Shown here piece by piece: positions 24,650 to 43,152 of a DNA stretch of 64,000 nt. Every line of letters begins with the position of its first letter. The stretch's first letter is position 1. This DNA is from Microbotryum violaceum (taxonomy: Eukaryota), in assembly GCA_001244265.2 (NCBI GenBank), contig LN717261.1, forward strand, positions 558,001-622,000, written 5' to 3'. The position numbers and the translations under genes were made by a program. The notes under the pieces were generated by a model, which saw only the letters and a list, made by a program, of their open reading frames with translations, made no database searches and was not told the DNA's origin.

Positions 24650-24860
24650 TGTTGAAGTAAATTACTCTTGCCTTAAATCCGCACTACGCGTGTCTCCACT
24701 TTATATTAGTCGCGCGCGATTCGCGTCTTTGTCTCCTCTTCTTCACTTGATTACGAACTCATTGGCTCGTCCCTGCCGCCAACTCGTTCAGCACATCGCT
24801 GTTCAGTTTCAATAGGTTACAAGCCCAACCGAGCGGCCAGCCAATTCGAGTCATCAAGAC

Positions 24861-27800
24861 ATGAGCACTCCTCTCATGGTCACAGGGGGAACAACCCCTA
24901 TTGTCCTCGTCAAACCACGCGATGTTGACCCATCATGCCATCTGCGAAACGCTGGGGGCTGGTCGCAATGGATCGACGACGTGCGAGGCGCCCTTGGCGG
25001 CGACTATTGGAACTGCACCCTCGCGACACCCGTCCAATCACCCAACACGCGCACGGATCTTGATCACGCCAATTTCCAAGCGGTCGCGCTGCTGATGCGT
25101 TCTATCTCACCGGACATCCGAAAACACATAAAGGATGGTTACGATCACACTCCTGCGGAAGTCTTACAGATGATCAAGAAGGCGGTCGGTACCGGCACGG
25201 TGACTGACATTCTCATCCGTCGCCAAGCATTGCTCGATGTGGGACCCCCTCCCACCGGCATGGACGCCTTCGCAAAGTACCAAGCGACGACCATTGAGCT
25301 ATTTAACACGCTCTCGGGACACGAGCTTACTTTCGAGCAGATTGTGTCGTTCCGCCTTGTCCACTTTGGCAAGAATCTGTACCGTGAATACTACATGCAA
25401 ACACTTCGGCAAGGATTGTATAGGCTACCGAGCCCGACGGAGGTCCTCCAGTCGCTCCACACGCAGGCGGATCAGACGCCAGCTCCCAAACCCGTCGCCA
25501 TGGTGGCAAGCCCGATTGCGACAGCGGACAAGTCTACCGCGCCTCCTTTCTCCCCATGCCACCACTGCGGAGGTCCGCACTGGAATCGCAAGTGCCCGGA
25601 CAACAAGGCTGGGTCCAAGGGAAGAAGGGAAGGCTCCTTCAGCGCCTTCCGCCTCGCTCGTTACTGCGCCTGATATCTCAACGCTGGTTGACGGTCCTGT
25701 GCTTGGCTACCTCACAGCCACGATGTCCACCTTGGCCAGGCCCTCCATCATCCTGGACAGCGGGGCGACGCACCACATTGTCAACGATCGCGCATGTTTC
25801 ACGTCCTTCCCCAAGTGCAAGCCAGCTTCGCTCAAAGGCATCACTGGTGAAGTTGTCAACTCCATCGAAGGCGTCGGCTCCACAATCGTTCGTTCCTTCG
25901 ACTGCAGCATCGGCCAACTCAACGACGCCTTGTTTGTGCCCACCGCTCCGGTCAACCTGTTCTCCGCCAGTCATGCCGACATCGGGGGTTACGACATCCG
26001 TCTGACTTGGGCCAAGGCAACGGTCTCCATCGCCGACACGGTGTGTCACACTGGCGAGCTCAAGAACGGACTTTACCACATGCAGGCCTCGCTCGTCGAC
26101 GTCGCTGCTCTCGTTCATCAAGTGGGTGCGTTCCCGCGTGCGCTTGTGGCCGTTCCCATGTCGGTCTTGCACGGACGCTTTGCTCACCTCCACCCACGTG
26201 CCCTCCGACAGTTGATTTTGACTGAAGCCGTGTCGGGAGTCAGCATGGAGGTAGATTCAAACGAGGATTTGAAATGTGACACTTGCCAAGCTGGCAAAAT
26301 TACGCATCACCCGTTCCCTGCTGTCGCATCGAATCACTCTGCTCAGCCGCTCGAACAAGTCCACATGGACCTCCTCGCATTTGACAGTGCCGTGTTTAGG
26401 GGGTGCGAGATACGCTCTTGTCATTGTGGACGACCATTCTCGGTAGTTGTGGGCAATTCCGATGTCACACAAGTCCGACACCTTTGCGGCCTTCAAATCC
26501 TGGCTCGCAAAGGTGGAGCGCTCCACGTCATGCAAAGTCCTTGCTGTCTGCTCGGATAATGGGGGCGAATTCATGTCGAACAAGTTCTCCAGATTCCTGG
26601 AGGAGCAAGGCATTACTCGTCAGCTCTCTATCCCTGACACGCCTCAACAGAATGGAGTCACCCAACGTGCAAATTGTTCGATCACCGAGGGTGTCCGCTC
26701 AATGCTCCACCAGTTGGGCCTACCTCACGCTTTGTGGGCCGAGGCATTGGCAATGTACGTCTACGTCAAAAATCGCTCGCCGCACTCTGCAAACTCGGAC
26801 ACCACGCCTCACACACGTTGGTACAGTTCCAAACCTTCAGCTGGCCATCTACGCGTGTTTGGCTGTTGAGCATGGAAGGCCGCTACCACCGTGCCGCGCA
26901 GCAAGCTCGATCCGCAAGGCATCCCACTCGTCTTTGTCGGCTACGACCTCGAGTCCAAGGGGTAGAGACTGCTGGACCCCAACACAAGACAGGTCTTCAA
27001 GTCCCGCAGCGTCACATTCTTTGAGGACAACTTCCCTGCTCGAGCAACGGGTATCCGAGCGCCCTCGCTTCTGGCCGCGGGGGACAACAACAGCAGGGTC
27101 GTCATTATTCCAGCATGTCGCCCCTGAGCACGTTGACCCACCGGCTGCCTTGCGTTTTGACGCCCCTGGCCCGGCCTGGCAGCCAGCCGCAGGCCCACGT
27201 GCGCGCAATCCGCCGGCTTGGTACGGAACCCTTGCATCCTTGCGCTCGATACCTTCTGCCTTTGCATTCTCACTCGGCGACGAGGTTGTTGCGCTGGTTG
27301 CCAATCTTGCGGAGGCCGGCATCGATGTCTCAAAGGCGGACCGTCCTCTCTCCGAGCCCAAAGATCCTTTCACGCTTCCCACCAGCGATCCCAGTACTTG
27401 GAAGGAAGCCATGCGCCATCCTCATGCGGAAGGTTGGAAAGCTGGTGCCATCGAGGAGTTCTGCTCAATGAAGGACAACTTCAAGGTGTTCAGCGTGGTT
27501 GACCTTGCCTCCGTTCCCAGGGCAGCCACTATGTTGCCGAGTCGCCACGTGTTTCGGACCAAACGCGATAAGGCGGGCAAAATGGTGTCGTTAAAGAGCC
27601 GCATCGTAGCTCAGGGATGCGCACAGCGGGCAGGTGATTTTGACGAGACGTTTGCACCAACGGCAAAGTTCACCTCCATTTGCGCTCTCGTCGCGCACGC
27701 AGCCGCCAGGGGCCACCACATCATACAAGCCGACGTGGACAAGGCCTACCTCCACGGCGTCCTGGAGGAAGAGATCTACATGCGCGTCCCCACTGGCATC

Positions 27801-28940
27801 GAAGGCTATGATGGCAAGTGCCTCCGTCTTCACCGTTCCATCTACGGGCTCAAGCAAGCCGGTTGAGTCTGGAACGACACAATCAAGGCCACTCTAGCAA
27901 ATCTTGGCTACCGCCGTCTCGCCTGTGATGAATGCATTTATAGGCGCGCCGACGTTTTGGGTGATCACTACATTGCGCTCTACGTAGACGACCTCCTCTT
28001 CTTTGGTCCCGACCTTGGGGAGATCAATCGAGTCCTGGATGAACTTGACACCCTTTATGGCATAAAACATCTCGGCCCGGCTGACTGGATTCTAGGGGTT
28101 CAGGTTGTCCGGCATGATGATGGCGGGATCACCCTCCTGCAGCGCCAATACCTTGTCGACGTTTTGGCTCGTTTTGGCATGTCCGATTGCAATCCCTGCA
28201 AATCGCCAATGGAGGCCAACTCCAGTTGTCGCCCGAGATCGACCCCGATGAAGCCGACAACTTGACGTATTGTTCTATGATCGGCTCCCTTATGTACGCC
28301 GTTGTTGCCACCCGACCCAATCTTGCACACGCTGTGGGGTATCTCTCTCGGTTTGTTGGAAAAGCGGGGGCAGCGCATCTCGAGGCCATCAAACGCGTCC
28401 TTTGGTACATCAAAGGCTCGCTCGATCTGGGCATCCATTACATGGCTAACAACGAACCCTTGCTGGGATACAAGGGGTTTTCTGACTCGGACTGGGGATC
28501 CGACGTGAACACGTCGAGGTCAACAATGGGCTACTTGTTCAAACTGGCTGGTGGCGCAATATTGTGGTCATCCCGTCTCCAACCCCGAGTGGCGTGTTTG
28601 TCTACGGAAGCCAAGTATCTGGGTCTTTTGCACGCTGCCAAGGAGGCAGTCTTCCTTCGCTTGCTCCTCACCGAGCTTGGCCTTGACACATCATTGCCCC
28701 TTTGTCTGCTTGGAGACAATCAAGGCGCTATTGCGCTCACCAGAACCCGGTCTTCCATGCTCCCACCAAACACCTTTGCATGTTGGAGCACTTTGTTCGG
28801 GAGCACGTTCGAAATGGAGAGATCTTGGTCACCTACATCCCTACCCATGACATGGTGGCCGATATCTTCACCAAGCCGCTGCCTCGAGCGATTTTCCAGC
28901 GTCATTGCGACGCTATTGGCCTTCGGCAAATTTCAGGCCA
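24861..28940 (+). pseudogene. Copia gag-pol (CCHC, protease, integrase, RT, RNase H) with stops and frameshifts
   Basis: CHHCGGPHWNRKC; ILDSGATHH; HGRFAH..CDTC; SDNGGEF, PQQNGV; LWAEA; IYGLKQAG; YVDD; SDSDWG; DNQGAI; MVADIFTKPL. Confidence 0.92.
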
Positions 28941-28984
28941 AGAGCAAGGGGGGGTGGTGAAGTAAATTACTCTTGCCTTAAATC

Positions 28985-31534
<2,550 letters not shown>

Positions 31535-31676
31535 AAATCCGCACTAAGCGCGTCTCCACTTTATATTAGTCGCGCGCGCGATTCGCGTCTTTGTCTCCTC
31601 TTCTTCACTTGATTACAAACTCATTGGCTCGTCCCTGCCGCCAACTCGTTCAGCACATTGCTGTTCAGTTTTAATA

Positions 31677-36421
<4,745 letters not shown>

Positions 36422-36949
36422 GCGGGTGGGCCGACGTACAAAGGAGCCCCTATATAGCATTTGAAATGTCAGTATATCATGTGTATGCTGCAATCAATGG
36501 CACGCACTTTGCTGGATAAAATTTATGGCTGTGTTTGTAATGACTACATCAGGATGTGAGCACTACTGCCTGCCGTGTGGTACAAGACTCTGACTAGTGT
36601 GTATAAGACCGTGACAGCGAAAACAATTTATTGCACAAGTTGCTACTTCAGTGTGACAAAGTGGTGGATCTAGACACGATTCAGAACGATTCAGACGGTA
36701 AAGTCATCTAGACAGATTTAGCCTTGCACCGGCAAGTGGTAAAGTTCCTGATAAGTTGGATGTGTGCTGCGTCTTTTCTGCATGCGGATCTGTGCCTTGC
36801 GGCAATACAGACGCTACCAAATAAGAGACTGACGTGCGTGTAATCCAACCGTCAGTTAATTGCAACGAAAGTGGCTGTGAAGCTAAACATGCGTACCTGA
36901 CGAGCATGTAATCCAACCGTGGAGAGAAGACAACAGTTGGTGCGCATCG

Positions 36950-38339
36950 TCAGGCTTCACTAAACAGACGAGCGCTTCTAAACAGATTACCAACGAATGC
37001 GCCATTCCTAACCCTCATTTCCAACACACCAACTGCGGCACCCCCTCCGCCGGACCCCTTCTTGCGCATCCAACGATAGACGTCCCTCGGTTTGCTCGAC
37101 AGCGCCAACCACCTGTGGGCACACTCAACAATCCAGGAGTCCCAGATCTTCTTCCTTTCGGGCTCGAGGTCCGCATCGGTGGGCGGCTTGGGAGGTTTAG
37201 AAATGTGGACGAGCACTGTCGTTGCAAATGGTCTTGGCGCTGCTTGCCAGGTGTGATGTTCGCTTTCTAATTGATCCCAGTACTCGTCCGGGACATGTTT
37301 CCCCAGAAAAGGGCGGTACGCCTTTTGGATCCATCTTAAAAGGTGGTCACTCCCCTCCTGGTCCTCGTCGGTCATTATTTCGTCCTCAGGGAGGGGGCGT
37401 TGGCACTCTTGGTACAGGGGTGAAAGGAATTCACGGAATAGGTGCAATTCCCCGTGTTTGGCGGCAATGTGGATGGGGACGGTAAAGATGCGCACAAGGA
37501 TGTTGTCAAAAGCTTGAATGCGGGTCCTATACTCCTTCAAAACTCTCGCGCTCCCTCCACCTCTCTTTCGCTTCGGCCTCAGCGCAAAACGCGATATACT
37601 GGCGCAGAAGCGCTGGCCGTTCCAAGTGTAAGGCGCCGCTCCGCTTACACCTCACAACGACCTCGAGCCGACCTCTGCGGCCTCACGCTTGCCCTCGTGC
37701 GCGGCGCCGCCGCGTCTCTTGACCTTAGTCCTTTTAGTAGTCTTTCTTTGCCTGCGAATTACACCGTTTGATCCTTTCAGTTTAGACTCGGAACCAGTGA
37801 GGCTCGAGAGCAATCTCGTGCCTTTCACCAAACTCCTTAGATGAGCGTCGTTGAACACGAACTGCTTTGTACGTTTCTTGCTTTGACTGACCACATGTGG
37901 CTGGTTCGAAACTTACGACTTGGCGCAGATCAGTCAGTGATAATCGCTCGGCGGTTGCAATATAGTCAGGCGCGATTGGCATATGGGATGCTCGATCCGG
38001 AAAGTATGGGGCCGGACTAAAGTCGCGTTCATGGCCACCACCGTACTTGCTGTGACGTTCATCATCCCAATCCATCCTACTCGGGTTGGCGGCTTCGTCA
38101 AAATTGGCCTGAATCAGAGGGGCCAGAGGCCGAGGAGACGGCGAGCTAGCTTCGCCACGAGCATGTTCATCAAAGGTTCTTTGCTGAATTTGGCGCGCAG
38201 TGTACGTAACCATGTGCCGGGTTCCGGGGATGTTGGTGCGGAGTCGAGCATCCGAACGAAGGCCCCGGGGGTTATAGTCAGGATATCCCTTGAAGTAGTC
38301 AGGTCGGAACTTGAAACGATTCCATTTATGCCTGCCCAT
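36950..38339 (-). CDS. Hypothetical spliced protein (orphan); last exon weakly resembles the Mad3/Bub1 N-terminal domain
   Basis: Three successive minus-strand ORF blocks (MGRHKWNRF.., VVSQSKKRTKQ.., KEYRTRIQAFD..) with GT-AG-like joins; LLRWIQKAY and W..PRDVYRWMRKKGSG motifs. Confidence 0.4.
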
Positions 38340-38595
38340 TGTCTGATACAAATTCAAGAATGTGTTACTGTGTGTTACAATAGTTGGTGCTCGTCTTAGA
38401 ACTGAGCCGGGTCTGATTTGGCGCTGAGCGCGGGGAGGCTGGAAGAGACAGCTCTGTGGGCAACTGCACAAGTACTCCCTAATAATAGGTCAATCTCGTT
38501 AGCAAGTCGCCCTAGTCCTCGGACCATCTAGCAACCCGGGTTGCAGGCGGGCAACATGTACGGCTACGTCGCGCGGGAGCAGGGGTCGGAGCAGT

Positions 38596-38867
38596 AGCAA
38601 AATGGCCACGCGCGCGAACCCGCTTAAGGATTCGCCCGAGATTACGCGCGCTTAACGGTGCATAAGATGCGCATAAGAGCGCTTACGGACCGCTTTGCGT
38701 ATGCAAACAAAGCGCGCCGTCAGTGCGCCGTAAGAGTCCCTTATCTAGGGTACACTTAACGCGCGCGCGGCTTAACAAATGGTTAAGGGCGCTTAAGAGC
38801 AGCTTTAGGCCGCTTAACGACTGCTTTATGAGGTTTCGCGCGCTTACGCGCGTTTGGCCATTTTGCT
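38596..38867. repeat. 272 bp module with 13 bp terminal inverted repeat and ~10.3 bp periodic GCTTAA-like units
   Basis: AGCAAAATGGCCA at 38596-38608 and TGGCCATTTTGCT at 38855-38867; phased hexamers inside. Confidence 0.75.
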
Positions 38868-39413
38868 GATGAGGCGCGCTGCGCGCGCCACTTTTTAGCG
38901 TGCTTATATATATAGCTAGAGGTGCAGGTGCTGACGCGGTAGGACGCGGTTGGCGGGCGGGCCCTGACCGAGCTATCACCACTTGCCCGAGCTGAATTCG
39001 CATTACACCGGCCGAGCTTGTTGAAATGGTGAAAACCTGTGAAAAGCGCGCGGCGGGTGAGAGGGAGATGCGCGTCATAGGCTCACGGCGCTCTTCGGGA
39101 CCTGACCTCCATCAGCACCGAGCCACACCACGACGCTCACCTCTTTGAGCCCTTATCAGATCCACAACGTATGTCAATCCTAATGCAAGGACCACCTACT
39201 CGAGCTGACACCTTTCCCACCCTCCCACCCTCCCATCCTGCCACACTACTGCGCCCGCGTACCACTACCTGCCGTCGCTCCGGCTCCGGCTCCATATCGT
39301 CATCGCCCCCCTCCCCGCGGCGGTCATCGATCCCCCATCTCGCCGCTTTCTGCTCTTGCGGCTATGTCCATGCGTAGCATCCTCAACCACCCTACAGAAA
39401 CCACCCTGAAGCC

Positions 39414-40266
39414 ATGGCCATCCCCAACCAAATCGTCTTTGGCCTGCTCCTGTTCGAGAGTCAGTCCCGGTGACCCGTCCTTTTCCTTTTCCTGCTCCTG
39501 CTCCCCACACGTCATCACGCCTTTGCCCTGGGTGCTCGGGCTGGGTTCCCGACTACGCCTCCCTCCTCCCGTCAGCCGCTCACCACGACTCCCATTATTC
39601 TTTCCACAGTTGCGACCTTTATCGTACTCATCGTGCCTCTTCCCTTCACGTCCGTCACTATCCTCCTTGCACCCTACTCCCAAATCTGACTCGATTCTTC
39701 TCGCTCCCAGTTGGCGCCGAGCGCTCTTCAAGGCCATTGCCGAGTCGCAGCTGGTCGCAAAGGCCCAGTACGCGCTCAAGATCACCTTCATCTTTGTCTT
39801 CCTCTTGTTCGCCGATGCGGTCAACCATATGCTCGTACGTGCCCGCGCTCTAGGTCGAAAGCTCCGCGACCGCAAGTGATTCCCACCATCTAATCGCGTT
39901 CCCCATCGGTCAACTTTTGTCCAGAAAATCCAACGCGAAGGTGTGCTGAACAAGCAACTCGGTCAACGTTCGGATCTACGCGGCGAATCCGATTACCGCT
40001 CGCGCAAATTCCTCTCCGAACGCAATTTCTATCTCCACGGGTTCACCCTCTTCCTTTCTCTGATCCTGTCGAGAACCTATTCGCTCGTTCTGGACCTCAT
40101 CAAAGCTCAGGAGGATTTGGCTCTGTTGAAGAAGGCGAACGCGGGTGGGGGGTTGATGGGCAGTGTCGGCGCCGGGGATGAGCAGTTGAGGAAGGAGTAC
40201 GAGGACTTGTCAAAGAGGTACGACGAGCTGGTCAAGAAGAGCCCGGTGGAGAAGAAGCAGGACTGA
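39414..40266 (+). CDS. BAP31: BAP31/Yet-family ER membrane protein, 4 exons
   Basis: MAIPNQIVFGLLLFE-IATFIVLIVPLPFT-WRRALF..FIFVFLLFADAVNHML-..RKFLSERNFYLHGFTLFLSLILSR, coiled coil, KKQD ER-retrieval C-terminus; canonical introns. Confidence 0.9.
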
Positions 40267-40674
40267 GAGGGCATAGATCGAGTTGAGTACGAGGAATGAG
40301 ATGGGACGTGTGGAAGGATGGAGGCCAAAAGAAAGAAAAGATGTGACGAACAAACAGGCAAAGCATCCTGCCCCCCCCCCCCATACTTTGTAGTGTTCAC
40401 ATTTTGTGTGTCGCTTGCAAATTCGTGATCCTGTCACCTCTTGGTCTGGCCTCTTGAAACGCTGCGCAGGCCTATGCGCCGATAGTGGATGTTGCTCTCG
40501 CGGGCCTACCATTCAGCTCGATCGCGCTCGTCGTTCCGACCTAACCCCAAGTGAGGAGAAACCCATGCCGAGAAACACACTTATCGATTACAGATCTAGG
40601 ATCCACTACGCTTCTCTGTTCCTCACGCCTTCGAACGCTCCCTCTCCTGAGCTCAACCCCAAAACTCGGGCATC

Positions 40675-41575
40675 TTATGAAGTCGGTTGCACGACCTTGC
40701 CATCGTCCCTGGAGAGATAGAACGCGTCGAGAAAGTTGTCCGGTCGGGCGGGTAACTGAGAATGGGGGCAACGAAGTGGGAGTGGGGTCAGGGATAGGCC
40801 GGGGGAGGTCAGGGAATCGTTTATCGCGGTAGGGACTTACTTCTTCGGCTTGGAACCAGCGCAAGAGTTGGCTAAGGGGGGGGGGGTGGGGGGAGCGGAA
40901 AAAGAGGGGACAGGAAGATTAGGATTATGGCTTTCGGAGGCAAGTGTATACAAACGTACGACTCCATCTTCCACCCATTCATGGTCTGCAATCGATCAAA
41001 CCGGAAAGAATCAGCTCCCTGCGCCGCCCCCAACGCCAACGACAACGCCAACGCCAACGCCATCGATTGGAACCTAAACCCAACCCACCTCCTGATACTC
41101 CTGCTGACCCTTCAACAACAGGACATCGTACGTCTGCAAGTCGTCGACGAGTTGATTGCGTTCAAACTGTTGGCGCACTTTGGCGCGTACGGCCGAGGCG
41201 GGAAAGTTGACCGCGTACAGTTGGACGCTGGGAGGGGTGGGAGGGGCAGGTGGCGAGTGAGTTGAACGAGGGTCTTTGGAGCGTTTCGGGTAAAGGCGGG
41301 TGCTTACATCTCGGGAGCTAGAAGAGGAGGAGGAGGGGAATCGTCGAAGCGAGCAGGCGGAGGAAGGAGAGACCACACGTAGCGAACACGAACACAGCAG
41401 CCGGAAAAGCGATGACCCTCATCGATCAGCACGACCAGCCACCATCACCCAGCTCGCACGATGACTCACCGGACCTATGCCAAGCCCGGTACAGACTCCT
41501 GGCCCTGAACCGAGCGTCGTTCCAGGAAGTGGACGAGGTCGTCAAGCGCGCCAAGCGGGCCGGGATCGTCGTCAT
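40675..41575 (-). CDS. NDUFA6: NADH:ubiquinone oxidoreductase subunit B14 (LYR family), multi-exon
   Basis: MTTIPARLARLTTSS..ARSLYRAWHRS-APEI-VQLYAVNFPASAVRAKVRQQFERNQLVDDLQTYDVLLLKGQQEYQE-TMNGWKMES-QLLRWF..FLDAFYLSRD..*. Confidence 0.9.
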
Positions 41576-41639
41576 CGTTCAGGCGGTCAGGGAGGTGGCA
41601 GGTGGCAGAACGGGGTCAAGACAGCCGCTGCCCGGAGGG

Positions 41640-41890
41640 CCCCCGAAAGCCCAGCCTGAGGCGCGTAGGTAAAATCCGCCAAAATTCCCGATTTTGGACC
41701 TCATTTGTCCACCAATTTTTGGAATTTTCGGCCAAAAAGGTCCCCAAAATGTCCAGTCTATCTACGCGCGTCCAAAAATAGCTCTAGAACTGCTTCAAAT
41801 GCGCTGCAACATCTTCAAAAATCGCCAAAACGCCGTCCGGACGTTTTTCGCCCGGACCGAATCGCCGGAGCCCGCGCGCGCGTCAGCCGT
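41640..41890. repeat. Phased A/T-tract module related to 15181-15441, directly upstream of NDUFA6
   Basis: CCCCCGAAAGCCCAGCC(T/G)GAGGCGC shared with 15185-15209; GTCCCCAAAATGTC resembles the reverse complement of the GACATTTTG(G)GGAC motif. Confidence 0.6.
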
Positions 41891-42475
41891 TTCGGATCTG
41901 CTTCGCCGAGGGCTCCTCACCTGCACTTACTCCCTACCTCTTGACTATGATTTATCGTGGCCATGGTATACATGTAACGTACTACGAGAGGTAAGATCGA
42001 TTGCAGTCACTCTGCGAAGCAGTAAGCTAGCTACCGTGAGATGTACGAACCAAGTCCAATCGACAGTTGTTCTTCTCCTATGTTGCTGGCGTCACAACTG
42101 ACAGGTATCATGCCTCGTTTCAATACAAAGCAGACAAGAGAGCCGATTTTCAAAGGCATGGCTGACGTGACGTTTCCGTCGATCAACCCAAACGGTGGGT
42201 TCTTGGCAAATACCGTGTATTGCCTTGCTCGCAATTGCATCCGTACCTGGGCAAGAATGCAGTGAACATTATTGATGAGCACTCTCTGGGCCATATGTGC
42301 ACAGCACACGATTGTAGCTCACTTCTTTACGTCCGTCTTCGATGTATCCTACCTTTTCCCTCGTTTGCGGTCGAAAAGCGACTGAAGGTCGCTTGTCCTG
42401 TCCAACGAATGGACCTCACAACACCTGACACGGCTTCGAGACGGGCTGCACCCATTGAATGCACTAAGCCTCGGA

Positions 42476-42929
42476 TGTAACGGTCTTGGTAAGCCGAAGT
42501 CCAACTCCGGTCCGGCTCAAAGATCCAGCGCAACTAATGCCGGTCCTCTCCTCACCTTCCTCTTCCAGAGAGCACGCCGAAACCCGAGAGTCGTCTTTGT
42601 TCCATAAGACTCCACCTCCTGCCTCAACCTTCCATCTGCCAACCCGGACATCGAGTATCGTGATCTCTCGCTTGTAGAAAACCTTTCATAACCTTCCATG
42701 GCTTTTACTATAAAAGCCGGCCATCTGATAGTTTCTCCTTTGCTTCCTGCAAGCAAAAACTCATACACATTCTCATATATTAACTCCTACCACACGCCTT
42801 TGCAATCACACTCCTTACCCTTCTCGAGATACCCTACAGTCCAAGTCCTGCTTCAGTTGCTTCACAGTCCTAACCTGATCCTCCCTCGAGAACTCCCTCG
42901 CACCTCGTCCCCGAAAGTCTAGCCTCAGC
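42476..42929 (+). mobile_element. Probable truncated LTR
   Basis: Starts TGTAAC, TATA-like TATAAAA at ~42708, pyrimidine-rich 3' half, shares CACCTCGTCCCCGA with the solo LTR at 14712-15175. Confidence 0.45.
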
Positions 42930-43152
42930 TGTAAGGCCCGTGCGCCTGGGCCTTAGGAAGAGGGGACGCGCGCCTGGGCACTCTTAGTCTCTCTCCAGCG
43001 ACTGATACGAGTGTCCAGGTGAGCACCAGGTGGATCAGAAGGCAATGTCATACCAGCAACTGATACAAGTGTCCAGTGCCAATTCTACATACTTTGGTCC
43101 TGTGATCCTTGTCGTCGCCGCTCAGGTGTACACTCCAACGGGGTGTATTACA
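42930..43152. mobile_element. Solo LTR-like sequence (223 bp) without matching TSD
   Basis: TGTAA...TTACA termini; internal repeat CCAGC(G/A)ACTGATAC(G/A)AGTGTCCAG; truncates the YR-element copy at 43153. Confidence 0.7.
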
